The translations under genes were made by a program, and so were the position numbers. The notes under the pieces are model-generated. The model did not search any database, was not told the origin of the DNA, and saw only the letters and a program-made list of their open reading frames with translations. From Alphaproteobacteria bacterium (lineage in GTDB: Bacteria > Pseudomonadota > Alphaproteobacteria > GCA-2731375), in contig CBDDBZ010000039.1 of assembly GCA_965225945.1 (NCBI GenBank), positions 629,458 through 693,457 of the forward strand: a stretch of DNA of 64,000 nt. Reading direction: 5' to 3'. Positions 12,945-22,985 of the stretch are shown piece by piece; the stretch's first letter is position 1, and every line of letters starts with the position of its first letter.

Positions 12945-13384
12945 TGCGTGCCTCCCTTCCACTTGCCGGACTTCTTCAGGGCCTCGGCGACTTCCGGCGG
13001 CATGTAGCTCTCGTCGTGCTTGGCCAGCACCTGCGAGGCGACGAAGACGCCATCGGCATCGAGCGCGCCTTCCGCCACCACGCCCTGACCCTCGCGAAAG
13101 AGGTCCGGCAGCATGCCACGAAAGACCACCGGCACGGCGTGGGCGAGATCGGTCACCTCGAAGCGGACGCTGACGCCGTCCTCGGCACGTTTGACGCTGC
13201 CCTCCACCACCAGGCCGCCGATTCTGAGCCGCTGGCCAGCGGGCGGCGCGCGGGCCACCAGCTCGCTCGGCCCGTAGAAGAAGACGATGCTATCCTCGAG
13301 GACGACCAGCACCAGGGCCACCACGGCGCCGAGGCCCGCCAGCGCCGAGATCGCTATCCAGAGCCGACGATGCTTGCGCTTCAC
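12941..13384 (-). CDS. ccmE: Heme chaperone CcmE
   Basis: RIGGLVVEGS, PDLFREGQGVV, LAKHDESYMPPE. Confidence 0.97.
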   Translation of the reverse strand: MKRKHRRLWIAISALAGLGAVVALVLVVLEDSIVFFYGPSELVARAPPAGQRLRIGGLVVEGSVKRAEDGVSVRFEVTDLAHAVPVVFRGMLPDLFREGQGVVAEGALDADGVFVASQVLAKHDESYMPPEVAEALKKSGKWKGGTQ

Positions 13385-13569
13385 GACGTCTCGTCCTCTT
13401 CCCCGCCATCGGCCAGTCGACGCAGCTCCTCCAGCCGCCGGGCGACCTCGCGCTGGCGGCGGCGGCTCAGCCCCGCGAGCCCGGCCATGAGCGCGGCGGT
13501 CGCGAGGAACGCCGGCCAGACGAAACCCGCGTAGCCGCCCATGTCGAGGAAGTCCCGGATCGCCTGCAT
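13381..13569 (-). CDS. ccmD: Heme exporter protein CcmD
   Basis: FLDMGGYAGFVWPAF, TM segment plus basic tail; lies between ccmC and ccmE. Confidence 0.88.
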   Translation of the reverse strand: MQAIRDFLDMGGYAGFVWPAFLATAALMAGLAGLSRRRQREVARRLEELRRLADGGEEDETS

Positions 13570-13686
13570 CAACCCGCTCCCGGCCGCTCCCTCGAGGCCA
13601 TGCCCCGGCGGCGCCGTTGCCACCGTCGTCCCCCCGACGTTATAGGAAGCCGCCCCTCGAGCGTCCAGGTGGCGGCGATCACGAAA

Positions 13687-14454
13687 TCAGGCGCGGACCA
13701 CCGGCGTCGGGGGCGCGGAATCCTCCGCCAGGCGCGCCTCCAGGACCCGGAGCTGGCGAAGGTCAAGCTCGGTCTTCATCCTGACCAGTAGCACGGCGAC
13801 GAAATAGGCGTTGAAGCCGGCTGCCATCACCAGCAGCGGCCACAGCATGCTCGCGTGGATGGCGGGCCCGTCGGCGCGCAGCACGCTCGCCGGCTGGTGC
13901 AGCGTGTTCCACCACTCGACCGAGAACTTGATGATCGGCACGTTGACGAAGCCGACGAGCGCCAGGATGGCACAGGCCCTCGCCGCCTTGCTCGGATCCT
14001 CGATCGCCTGGCCGAGAGCCATGTAGCCGAGATAGAGGAAGAGCAGCACCAGCACCGAGGTGAGACGGGCGTCCCAGACCCACCAGGTGCCCCACATCGG
14101 CTGGCCCCAGAGCGCGCCGGTGATCAGCGCCTGAGCGGTGAAGATCGCGCCGATCGGCGCCATCGCCCGGGCCGCGACGTCGGCCAGGGGATGCTTCCAG
14201 ACCAGCGAGATCAGGCTCGCCGCCGCCAGCGCCGTATAGCACAGAAGCGCCATCCAGGCCGACGGCACGTGGACGAACATGATCCGGACCGTCTCGCCCT
14301 GCTGGTAGTCGGCGGGCGCCGCGAACAGGGCGAGCCAGAGCGCGAGCCCGATCAACCCGACCGCGAGCCCGGTGGCCCAGGGCAGCATGCGGTCGGCCAG
14401 CCGGCGGAACCGGGCCGGATTGGCCAGGCGGTGCATGGCGCCGGAGATCGCCAT
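13687..14454 (-). CDS. ccmC: Heme exporter permease CcmC
   Basis: LANPARF, FVHVPSAW, WGTWWVWDARLTS, WWNTLHQ; start may instead be 14436. Confidence 0.95.
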   Translation of the reverse strand: MAISGAMHRLANPARFRRLADRMLPWATGLAVGLIGLALWLALFAAPADYQQGETVRIMFVHVPSAWMALLCYTALAAASLISLVWKHPLADVAARAMAPIGAIFTAQALITGALWGQPMWGTWWVWDARLTSVLVLLFLYLGYMALGQAIEDPSKAARACAILALVGFVNVPIIKFSVEWWNTLHQPASVLRADGPAIHASMLWPLLVMAAGFNAYFVAVLLVRMKTELDLRQLRVLEARLAEDSAPPTPVVRA

Positions 14455-14506
14455 GCTCAGCCCGCCCCAGCGGGCGACACCCGCTCGAGGCCTATCTCCA
14501 TCGGTA

Positions 14507-14701
14507 TCATTCGTCGTCCCCGAGTTCACGCGCCTCGTCGATCAACAGGATCGGCACGCCCTCGCGGATCGGATAGGCGAGACGGGCCCTGGGGCTGATC
14601 AGCTCCTGGCGCTCGCGGTCGAAGCGGAGCGGCCCCTTGCTCAAGGGGCAGACCAGGATCTCCAGCAGCTTCGGGTCGACGCTCTGATTGTCGTCACTCA
14701 T
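14507..14701 (-). CDS. Trm112/YcaR family protein
   Basis: [17 protein letters not shown]...[18 protein letters not shown]. Confidence 0.92.
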   Translation of the reverse strand: MSDDNQSVDPKLLEILVCPLSKGPLRFDRERQELISPRARLAYPIREGVPILLIDEARELGDDE

Positions 14702-14761
14702 CGCGCGGCGTCCTCCCTATACCAATCGAGGTAAGTCCCGGCCGTTCCGGGGCGGTTGGCA

Positions 14762-15100
14762 TTATCGCCCCTTGGCGCAATCCACGCAGAGCGTCGCGGC
14801 GGGGTCCAGCTCGAGCCGGCGACCTGGCAGCTCGTCGTCGCAGCCGAGGCAATGGCCATAGTCCCCCGTCTCGACCCGGTGCAGCGCCGCCTCGATCCGC
14901 TTCAGCTCCCGGGCGCGTCGCCGTTCGGTCTCCAGCGCCATGGCCTGGTCCTGCATCGCAGCCATCCGCGAGAGCCGTCCGACCCGGCTCTGATCGAGCT
15001 CGACCGGGCGGCGCGCGTCCGCCATCGCCGCGTCGATTTCGAGCAACCCCTCGCGCCGCGCCTCCAGCCGCCGGCGGGCCTCCGCCAGATCCATCGCCAC
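14762..15100 (-). CDS. TraR/DksA C4-type zinc finger protein
   Basis: Coiled coil, VELDQSRVGRLSRM, YGHCLGC...LCVDCA. Confidence 0.88.
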   Translation of the reverse strand: MAMDLAEARRRLEARREGLLEIDAAMADARRPVELDQSRVGRLSRMAAMQDQAMALETERRRARELKRIEAALHRVETGDYGHCLGCDDELPGRRLELDPAATLCVDCAKGR

Positions 15101-15122
15101 CCTCCAGAATGGCCCAAATACG

Positions 15123-15149
15123 AAAAAGGCCCGGTCCGGGACCGGGCCT
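15123..15149 (-). terminator. Rho-independent terminator after rpmG
   Basis: AGGCCCGGT/ACCGGGCCT stem followed by a U-tract on the minus strand. Confidence 0.75.
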
Positions 15150-15172
15150 CGCCGTTCGGTCCGACGCGAAGC

Positions 15173-15340
15173 TTACTTGATTCTCGCCTCCTTGAACTCG
15201 ACATGCTTGCGCACGACCGGATCGTACTTGCGCATGGCCATCTTATCGGTCTGCGTGCGGGGATTCTTCTTGGTCACGTAGTAGTAGCCGGTGCCGGCGG
15301 TGCTGACGAGCTTGATCTTGATTGTCGCGGGCTTCGCCAT
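15173..15340 (-). CDS. rpmG: 50S ribosomal protein L33 (not in the ORF track)
   Basis: Manual translation [55 protein letters not shown]. Confidence 0.97.
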   Translation of the reverse strand: MAKPATIKIKLVSTAGTGYYYVTKKNPRTQTDKMAMRKYDPVVRKHVEFKEARIK

Positions 15341-15403
15341 CCGAGCCTCCCGTGCCTGAAAACCTGTCCGTGTCGCCCCAAGTTAGGTCGGTCGCCCGCG
15401 AAG

Positions 15404-16579
15404 TCAAGCTTTCGGGCGCCGCCAAGGGCCCCATTGCCGGGCGCACCAGAGCAGGACGAAGGCGAGGCCGGCCAGCGCGAGGGTTCCCGGCAGGCCTTCC
15501 GGGTTCCAGACGTCCATCGCCCAGCCGGCGGCGGGCGGTCCCGCCAGATGAGCGATGCCCCACAGCACGCTGAAGGCGGCGTTCGCCGCCACCAGGTCGG
15601 CGCCGCGAAAGCGCTGGCCGAGAAGCGTCATCGCCACCGTATAGACCCCCGAGCCGAGCCCGCCCCAGAAAAACAGCAGCGGCCAGAGCCACGCGCCGTG
15701 GTGAATGGCGAGGGGGAGGAGCAGGCTTCCGGCCACCACCGACAGGCCGCAGAACAGCAGCACGAGATAGCGGTCGTAGCGGTCGAGAGCCCAGCCGATG
15801 GCGATCTGCAGGACGACGTTGCCGACGGTCAGCACCACCAGCAGGCGCGCCGCCGCCCCATCGTCCATGCCGAGCTGGACGCCATAGACCGGCAGAAGTG
15901 AGAACTGGGTCATCAGCACGAAGGCGAACAGCATGACCGCGCCGGCTAGCGTCGGCGCCTGTTTGATGAAGCCCAAGACGCCGAAGCTCGATCCTGTCTC
16001 GATCGCCGGCGCCGTTTCGCCGGCTAGCAGCAGCGGCGCAATCGAGACGAGAATGACGCCGGCGCCGATCAGAAACGGCGGCCATCCCTCGATCCCGGTG
16101 AAGCCGATGATCACGGGCCCGAGCGCCAATCCGGCCGAGATCGCCATGACGTAAATCGAGACCACGCGGCCGCGCGTCGCGTCCTCGGCGAGCTGATTGA
16201 TCCAGCTCTCGGCGGCGATGAACAGCAGCGCGCCCGAAGCGCCCAGGACGAAACGCAGGACGAACCAGACGGCCAGGTCGTCGAGCGCCGGAAACAGCAG
16301 CAAGACGGCGACCTCGACGACCAGGGCGAATGTGATCACCCGGCGATATCCCAGCGCCCGGATCATCCTGGGCACGAGGGGAGAGACTAGCAGCACGGCG
16401 AGCGCCGGTGCCGCTGCGTTCATGCCGATGATGGCGCGCTCGACGCCGCGCGATTCCAGGATCAGCGAGATCAGCGGCGAGGTCAGGCCGAGCGTCACGC
16501 CATAGACGGCGATCGTGGTAATGATGGCGGCCAGGCTGCGTCGGCGCTCGCCCCGGGTGAGGCCCGGCGCCTCATTCAT
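15404..16579 (-). CDS. MFS transporter
   Basis: About 12 hydrophobic segments, ESWIN..RGRVVSIY, GWALDRYDR. Confidence 0.9.
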   Translation of the reverse strand: MNEAPGLTRGERRRSLAAIITTIAVYGVTLGLTSPLISLILESRGVERAIIGMNAAAPALAVLLVSPLVPRMIRALGYRRVITFALVVEVAVLLLFPALDDLAVWFVLRFVLGASGALLFIAAESWINQLAEDATRGRVVSIYVMAISAGLALGPVIIGFTGIEGWPPFLIGAGVILVSIAPLLLAGETAPAIETGSSFGVLGFIKQAPTLAGAVMLFAFVLMTQFSLLPVYGVQLGMDDGAAARLLVVLTVGNVVLQIAIGWALDRYDRYLVLLFCGLSVVAGSLLLPLAIHHGAWLWPLLFFWGGLGSGVYTVAMTLLGQRFRGADLVAANAAFSVLWGIAHLAGPPAAGWAMDVWNPEGLPGTLALAGLAFVLLWCARQWGPWRRPKA

Positions 16580-17216
16580 AGCGGACGCGCGATCGCCCTT
16601 GGCGGTAATGGAAAAACGGAATGCCGGGCGCCCGCCAGCCGTCCAGCCGCCTTTGCACCTCGCCCAGAACGAATTCCGTCACGTCCGCGACATTCATCGC
16701 CAAAGCTTCGGGAATTGCGAGCCAACGGAGATCCCGTAATTCGCGGCTGTCCCGCGCCTCGCCCGTGGCGTCGCTGGCGTCGGCGAGAAAGAAGCGGGCG
16801 TGGAAGCGGATGGAATAGTGGGGCGGCGTGATCGCCCGGGCGATGTAGTCGAAGCCGGCAAGTGCTGGACATGGCTTGCCCGCGACGAGGCGGCCGAACA
16901 CCAGCCCGGTTTCCTCATGCGTCTCGCGCGCCGCCGTCACCGCCAGGGCGCGCGCGATCCGGGGCGGCCACTTGGCCTCCAGCTTGGCCGCGACCTCGCG
17001 CGACAAGTCCGAGTCCACGGCGCTGCGGCTGTCCGCCGGGTCCAGCCGGCCGCCCGGGAAGACGTAGAGATTGGGCATGAAGCGATGGCGGGAGGCGCGC
17101 CGGCCCATCAGCACCTCATGCCCCTCGCCGCAGCGACGCAGGATGACGAGGCTCGCCGCGTCCTTCGGCTTGACCGGGGGTTTGACCGGGCGCTCGGCCT
17201 TCCGCGCCGCCGTCAT
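16572..17216 (-). CDS. NUDIX hydrolase
   Basis: PKDAASLV, VFPGGRLD, ARETHEETG, RAITPP..RFHARFF. Confidence 0.88.
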   Translation of the reverse strand: MTAARKAERPVKPPVKPKDAASLVILRRCGEGHEVLMGRRASRHRFMPNLYVFPGGRLDPADSRSAVDSDLSREVAAKLEAKWPPRIARALAVTAARETHEETGLVFGRLVAGKPCPALAGFDYIARAITPPHYSIRFHARFFLADASDATGEARDSRELRDLRWLAIPEALAMNVADVTEFVLGEVQRRLDGWRAPGIPFFHYRQGRSRVRYE

Positions 17217-17911
17217 TCGTGCTCGACGATGCGCTTGCCGTGGAGGACGCGGTAGGCCGGCACCGTGCCACGGCGCTGCCAATCCTCGGGCGCGGACAGG
17301 ATCTCTTCCACCGTGTCGAGCACGATTTTGGTGATCCCGGAAAGTTTCAGCAACTTGGCCCTTGCGATGGGAATCCACTCGATGTGGAGCAATTCGCCGC
17401 TGCCGTTGATCTTGCCGGAGGTCCGCTCGCCGTCGGCGAGAAAAAACCGGGCATTGAAACGCCGGTTTCGAAACGGCGGCGTCACCGCGCGGGTGATGTA
17501 GTCCAGGGCGTAGAGGTCGGGGCCTTGCCCGGTCTCGTAGAACCGCGCCCAGGACTTAGGGATCCGGCGGGGGGCGGCCATCGGTCGGCCGATGATCAGG
17601 CCGGTTTCCTCGAAGGTCTCGCGCACGGCGGCCAGCGCCAGGGCCTGCGCCTTCCCGGGCGTGGCGGCGGAGCGGCCCAGCAGATCGGCGACCCGGTGGT
17701 TGAGCGGGCGGGCCGGGGCTGCGTGATAGTCGGCCCGCTCGAGGCGGCCGCCGGGAAAGACATAGTGATCGGGCAGGAATTCGAGCCCGCCATGGCGCTG
17801 GCCCATCAGCACGGCTGGCTTGCCGCCCTGCGAGCGGACCAGGACCAGGGTTGCGGCATCCCGTGGCCGCGCGGCGCGGCGCGGCGAGGGCGACGTGTTT
17901 TTCATGACCAT
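17213..17911 (-). CDS. NUDIX hydrolase (paralogue of the adjacent gene)
   Basis: PRDAATLV, VFPGGRLE, VRETFEETG, RAVTPP..RFNARFF. Confidence 0.88.
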   Translation of the reverse strand: MVMKNTSPSPRRAARPRDAATLVLVRSQGGKPAVLMGQRHGGLEFLPDHYVFPGGRLERADYHAAPARPLNHRVADLLGRSAATPGKAQALALAAVRETFEETGLIIGRPMAAPRRIPKSWARFYETGQGPDLYALDYITRAVTPPFRNRRFNARFFLADGERTSGKINGSGELLHIEWIPIARAKLLKLSGITKIVLDTVEEILSAPEDWQRRGTVPAYRVLHGKRIVEHE

Positions 17912-18029
17912 CCGATCGAGCGCGAGCGCTCCCCGATAGCACCCTCCTCGCCGCGATGTCCACTCGGCGCCGGCGACGCCAACGGCGGCGAGGCGGGCTC
18001 GCGTCGGTCTTGCGGCCTCGTGCATCGGC

Positions 18030-20276
18030 TCAGCCGCGTCGTCGCCCACGCCCACGCCCGTTTCGCGGAGCGGGCCGGCCGCCACGCTTGGCGCCGCGCC
18101 GGGGGACCTCGCGCGGCTCGTGCTCCGCCCAATCCACCAGCTCGAGGGCCAGTTTGCCGGTGATCGTGTCGGCGCGGACCAGGCGCACGCGCACGCCATC
18201 GCCCAGCCGGTGGATGCGGCCCGTCCGCTCGCCGATGAGCGATTGGGACTCCTCGTCCAGGACGAAATATTCGCGCCCGATCGTGCCGATCGGCACCAAG
18301 CCGTCGGCGCCGGTCTCGTCGAGGCGGACGAAGAGGCCGGCGCGCGTGACGCCGGCGATGGCGCCCTCGAACTCTTCCTCGACGCGACCGGCCATGTGGG
18401 CGGTGAGATAGCGGTCGAGGGCATCGCGCTCCGCCCGGGCGGCGCGCCGCTCGGTCATCGAGACGTGCTCGCCGATCTCGTCCATTTGCGCCGCCTCCCC
18501 CTCGCTCAGCCCGTCCGGGCCGAGGTTCAGGCCGCGCACTAGCGCGCGATGCACCAGCAGGTCCGGGTAGCGCCGGATCGGCGAGGTGAAATGCGCGTAG
18601 CGCCGGAGCGCCAGGCCGAAATGGCCCGCGTTCTCGGGCCCGTAGAAGGCCTGTGTCTGGGCCCGAAGGACCGCCTGGTTGACCACGTCCCGGGGCCCGC
18701 TCTCCGCCACCTGGGCCAGCAGGCGGTTGAAAAGGGCGGGTCGGATCACCTGGCCGAGGGCGAGGTTCAGGCCGAGGGTGCGGAGGAAGTCGCGAAGCGC
18801 GCGCACCTTTTCGGGGTCCGGGGCGTCGTGGACCCGATACATGCAGGGCTGTTGCCGGCGCTCCAGCTCCTCCGCGGCCGCGACGTTGGCGGCGATCATG
18901 AACTCCTCGATCAGCCGGTGGCTGTCGTGGCGGGGCTGGGGCGCGATATCGGCCACCCGACCCTCGTCGTCGAGCCTGACCCGCAGTTCCGGCAGGTCGA
19001 GGTCGAGCGGCCCGCGCCGCGCCCGCGCCCGCATCAGCGCCTCCCAGGCACCGTACAGCGGGCCGATCCGGTCCCGCGCCGCCATGGCCAAGTTCGATTT
19101 CGATGCCCCGTCGCGGACCTCCTGCACCTGGTCGTAGGTCAGGCGGGCGCGCGAGCGGATCATCGCCCGGTGGAAGCTGTGCTCGAGCTTATCGCCGCCC
19201 GCCCCGAAGCGCATTTCCGCGACCATTACCGGCCGGTCTTCCTCGGGGCGCAGGCAGCAGAGGTCGTTGGAGAGCCGTTCCGGCAGCATCGCCACGACGC
19301 GGTCGGGAAAATAGGCCGAGTTGCCGCGATCCCGCGCCGCCCGGTCGAGCGCGCTTTCCGGCCGGACGTAGTGGGCGACGTCGGCGATCGCGACCATCAC
19401 CCGCCAGCCGGCGGCGTTCCCGGCCGCCTCGTCCGGCGCCGCCCAGACCGCGTCGTCGAAGTCGCGGGCGTCCTCCCCGTCGATGGTGACGAAGGCGAAG
19501 TGGCGAAGGTCGAGGCGCGCGTCGAGCTCGGCCGGCACCGCGGCCTCCGCCTCGGCCAGCGCGAGGGCTGGGAAATCATAGGGGATCTCATGCTCGGTGA
19601 TCGCGATCAGGCTGGCGGCTCTGGGATCGCCGAAGCGCCCGACGACCTCCAGCACTCGGGCTTCGCGCAAGCCGAGGCGCCGGCCCGCCGCGGTCTCGGC
19701 GATGACCAGATCGCCTTTCTTCGCGCCGCCCCGTCCGTCCGGGGGGACCACCAGATCGAACTTGTTGCGCCGATCGGTCGGAATCAGGCGCTGGCTGCCG
19801 GCGATTTCGCTCATGACGCCGACGATGCGGTCCGGCGCGAAGGCGAGGCGGCGGATGACCGTGGCCCGGTAGCCGCCGTCCGCCTTGGCGAGCCGCGCCA
19901 GGACCCGCTCCCCGGGGCCGAGCGCCGGGCGAGCGCGAGGTTCGTCGCGAAGCTCGATCCGGGGCGCCGCGGCGTCGTCGTTCCAGGCCACGGGGCGGGC
20001 CACCAGGTTGCCATCGTCGTCGGCGCCGATCACCTCGATCACGGCCACGGGGGGCAATTCACCCTTCGGCCGCACGGATTTCCGCCGGCCGCGCTCGATC
20101 AGGCCGTCCTCGGCCAATTGCTTCAGGACCGCGCGCAGCTCGGCGCGGGCGGGCCCGCGAATATCGAAGGCACGGGCGATCTCCCGCTTGCCGACCTTTC
20201 CCTCGCTCTCGTTGATGAAGCGGAGGATCTCCGCCTGACTCGGGAACGGAGGGGCCTCGGTGGTTCGTCGTGCCAA
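18030..20276 (-). CDS. rnr: Ribonuclease R
   Basis: N-terminal HTH, TIDGEDARDFDDA, IADVAHYV, HFTSPIRRYPD, S1 domain; TTG start at 20276 inferred to avoid overlap with topA. Confidence 0.94.
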   Translation of the reverse strand: MARRTTEAPPFPSQAEILRFINESEGKVGKREIARAFDIRGPARAELRAVLKQLAEDGLIERGRRKSVRPKGELPPVAVIEVIGADDDGNLVARPVAWNDDAAAPRIELRDEPRARPALGPGERVLARLAKADGGYRATVIRRLAFAPDRIVGVMSEIAGSQRLIPTDRRNKFDLVVPPDGRGGAKKGDLVIAETAAGRRLGLREARVLEVVGRFGDPRAASLIAITEHEIPYDFPALALAEAEAAVPAELDARLDLRHFAFVTIDGEDARDFDDAVWAAPDEAAGNAAGWRVMVAIADVAHYVRPESALDRAARDRGNSAYFPDRVVAMLPERLSNDLCCLRPEEDRPVMVAEMRFGAGGDKLEHSFHRAMIRSRARLTYDQVQEVRDGASKSNLAMAARDRIGPLYGAWEALMRARARRGPLDLDLPELRVRLDDEGRVADIAPQPRHDSHRLIEEFMIAANVAAAEELERRQQPCMYRVHDAPDPEKVRALRDFLRTLGLNLALGQVIRPALFNRLLAQVAESGPRDVVNQAVLRAQTQAFYGPENAGHFGLALRRYAHFTSPIRRYPDLLVHRALVRGLNLGPDGLSEGEAAQMDEIGEHVSMTERRAARAERDALDRYLTAHMAGRVEEEFEGAIAGVTRAGLFVRLDETGADGLVPIGTIGREYFVLDEESQSLIGERTGRIHRLGDGVRVRLVRADTITGKLALELVDWAEHEPREVPRRGAKRGGRPAPRNGRGRGRRRG

Positions 20277-20298
20277 TGCAGCTGCGCTTTCCGGCGCC

Positions 20299-22941
20299 TC
20301 AGTCGCTCGTCGAGGGGGCCGGGGCCGCCTTGCCGCCGCGGCCCTTGGCGCGCGTGCTCTTGGACCGCTTGGGGGTCGTTTTGGCTTTGGCGCCCTTGGC
20401 GGACTTCGCCCCCTTGGCGGCACGGCCCTTGCCGCCACCGCTCGCCGCCTTCTTCTGGATCAGCGCCACGGCTTCTTGCAGGGTGATCGCCTCCGGCGTC
20501 ATGGACTTGGGGATGGTCGCGTTGACCCGCCCGTGCTTGACGTAGGGACCGTAGCGCCCGTCCATCACCACCACGGGGGCCTGATCTCGAGGATGGGCGC
20601 CGAGTTCGCGAAGCGCGCTCGAGGAGGTCCGCGACCCCTTCGCCGCTGCGAGTTCCGTCACCGCCCGATTGAGCCCGATGGTCAGCACATCCTCGGTGTT
20701 CCGCAGTCGGGCATACTTGCGATCACACTCCAAGAACGGACCGTAGCGTCCAATGCCAGCGTTGATTTGCTTAGCCGTTTCGGGGTGATCACCGACCTTT
20801 CTCGGCAGCCGCAACAAGCCCAGCGCCAAGGTGAGGCCGAGCTGATCGGACGGCACGTCCTCGGGCAGCGAGGCCCGCTTGGGCTTGGCGCCGTCCTCGC
20901 CCGCCTCGCCGAGCTGCAGGTAGAGGCCGTAGGGACCCTTGCGCAGGCTGACCTCGAGCTTGGTTTCCGGATCGACGCCGAGGATGCTCGGCCCGTCGGC
21001 CAGGATGTCCCCCGCGCCGTCGTCCTCGCCGCCCGTCAGCGGCCGGGTGAAGCGGCACTCGGGATAGCGCGAGCAGCCGACGAAGAAGCCGAACTTGCCG
21101 CCCTTGAGCGACAGCTCGCCCTCGGTGCATTTGGGACAGCTCCGGGCCCCCTCGTCGTCGCCGTAGAGATAGGGGGCCAGCAGGTCGTTGACGGCGTCGA
21201 ACACGTCGCGAACCCGGAGCTCCTTGGTCTCGTCCACGGCGGCGGAAAACTCGGCCCAGAAGGTCGCGAGGACGGATTTCCACTCGATGTCGCCGGCGGA
21301 GATCTCGTCGAGCCGGGACTCCATGTCGGCGGTGAAGCCGTATTCCAGATAGCGCGGGAAGTAATTGACCAGGAACGCCGTCACCAGCCGGCCCTTGTCC
21401 TCGGGCACGAAGCGGCGCTTGTCGAGGCGAACGTAACTTCGCTCCTGCAGCACGGTGAGGATCGAGGCATAGGTCGAGGGCCGGCCGATGCCCAGCTCCT
21501 CCATTCGCTTCACCAGCGTCGCCTCGGAATAGCGGGGCGGCGGCTCGGTGAAATGCTGATCGGGCGTGATGTCGCGGCGTTCCAGAGCCGCGCCCTCGGC
21601 GACCTTGGGCAGGCGGCGCTCGTCTTGTCCCTCGCCCTCCTTGTCGTCGCGCCCCTCCTCGTAGAGCTTGAGGAAGCCCGGAAACTCGATCACCGAGCCG
21701 GTGGCGCGGAGCCGCGTCGTGGCCTCGGACGGGGCGATGTCGATGTTGGTGCGTTGCAGCCGCGCGCTCTCCATCTGGCTCGCGATCGCGCGCTTCCAGA
21801 TCAGCTCGTAGAGGCGGGCCTGATCCTTGTCCAACCGGCCCCCGATCGAGCCTGGGTCGCGGGCGAGATCGGTCGGCCGGATCGCCTCGTGCGCCTCCTG
21901 CGCGTTCTTCGCCTTGGCGCGGTACAGGCGCGGCTGGGAGGGCACGAAAGCCTGGCCGAAACGCTCTGCTATGACCGCGCGGCAGGCCGTGATCGCCTCG
22001 TCGACCATCTGTACGCCGTCGGTCCGCATATAGGTGATGAGGCCGGTCGTCTCGCCGCCGATATCGATGCCCTCATAGAGCCGTTGGGCGATCTGCATCG
22101 TGCGCGAGGCCCCGAAACCGAGCTTGCGCGCGGCTTCCTGCTGCAGCGTCGAAGTGGTGAACGGGGGTTGGGGATGGCGCCGCGCCGGCTTGGTCTCGAC
22201 CGCGACGACACGCCAGACCGTCCCCGCCTCGAGCCTCGCCACGGCGCGGGCGGCGGCGGCCTCGTCGCCGAGGGCGAACCTGTCCAGCCGCGCGCCCTCG
22301 AGATGCGTCAGGCGCGCGCTCAGGTGTTCGCCTTGCGCCGTCTCGAAAATTACCTCGACGGTCCAATACTCGATCGGCGAGAACAGCTCGATCTCGTTCT
22401 CCCGCTCGCAGACGAGCCGCAGCGCCACCGACTGCACGCGGCCGGCCGAGCGCGCGCCCGGCAATTTCCGCCAGAGCACGGGCGAGAGCGTGAAGCCGAC
22501 CAGATAGTCGAGCGCGCGGCGGGCCTGCTGGGCGTTCACCAGGTCCATGTCCAGCTCGCGCGGATGGGCCATGGCGTCGAGCACCGCGTTCTTGGTGATC
22601 GCGTTGAAGACCACGCGCTCGACCTCGATGCCGGCCAGATCCCGCTTTTCGCCAAGCGCTTGCAGCACGTGCCAACTGATCGCCTCGCCCTCGCGGTCCG
22701 GGTCCGTGGCCAGGATCAGCCGGCCGGAACCTTCGAGCGCGCGGTTAATCTCCGCCAGATGCTTCGCCGCCCGGGGCTCGACCTGGTAGGTCATGTGGAA
22801 ATCGTTGTCCGGCTCCACCGAGCCGTCCTTGGACGGGAGATCGCGGACGTGACCGTAGCTCGGCAGCACGACGTAGCTCGCGCCGAGATACTTGTTGATG
22901 GTCTTCGCCTTGGCGGGAGACTCGACGACGACGACGTTCAT
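20299..22941 (-). CDS. topA: DNA topoisomerase I
   Basis: VVESPAKAKTI, ATDPDREGEAI, SAGRVQS, ITYMRTD, zinc ribbon and C-terminal repeats. Confidence 0.98.
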   Translation of the reverse strand: MNVVVVESPAKAKTINKYLGASYVVLPSYGHVRDLPSKDGSVEPDNDFHMTYQVEPRAAKHLAEINRALEGSGRLILATDPDREGEAISWHVLQALGEKRDLAGIEVERVVFNAITKNAVLDAMAHPRELDMDLVNAQQARRALDYLVGFTLSPVLWRKLPGARSAGRVQSVALRLVCERENEIELFSPIEYWTVEVIFETAQGEHLSARLTHLEGARLDRFALGDEAAAARAVARLEAGTVWRVVAVETKPARRHPQPPFTTSTLQQEAARKLGFGASRTMQIAQRLYEGIDIGGETTGLITYMRTDGVQMVDEAITACRAVIAERFGQAFVPSQPRLYRAKAKNAQEAHEAIRPTDLARDPGSIGGRLDKDQARLYELIWKRAIASQMESARLQRTNIDIAPSEATTRLRATGSVIEFPGFLKLYEEGRDDKEGEGQDERRLPKVAEGAALERRDITPDQHFTEPPPRYSEATLVKRMEELGIGRPSTYASILTVLQERSYVRLDKRRFVPEDKGRLVTAFLVNYFPRYLEYGFTADMESRLDEISAGDIEWKSVLATFWAEFSAAVDETKELRVRDVFDAVNDLLAPYLYGDDEGARSCPKCTEGELSLKGGKFGFFVGCSRYPECRFTRPLTGGEDDGAGDILADGPSILGVDPETKLEVSLRKGPYGLYLQLGEAGEDGAKPKRASLPEDVPSDQLGLTLALGLLRLPRKVGDHPETAKQINAGIGRYGPFLECDRKYARLRNTEDVLTIGLNRAVTELAAAKGSRTSSSALRELGAHPRDQAPVVVMDGRYGPYVKHGRVNATIPKSMTPEAITLQEAVALIQKKAASGGGKGRAAKGAKSAKGAKAKTTPKRSKSTRAKGRGGKAAPAPSTSD

Positions 22942-22985
22942 GTACGCTACGGGCCGGGTGACTTAATGGTTTCGACTTGCCGAAG

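Noticed and set aside
20260-20276. TTGGCACG on the minus strand as a second sigma54 site
   Set aside because: No TTGC at the -12 position; it coincides with the probable rnr start codon
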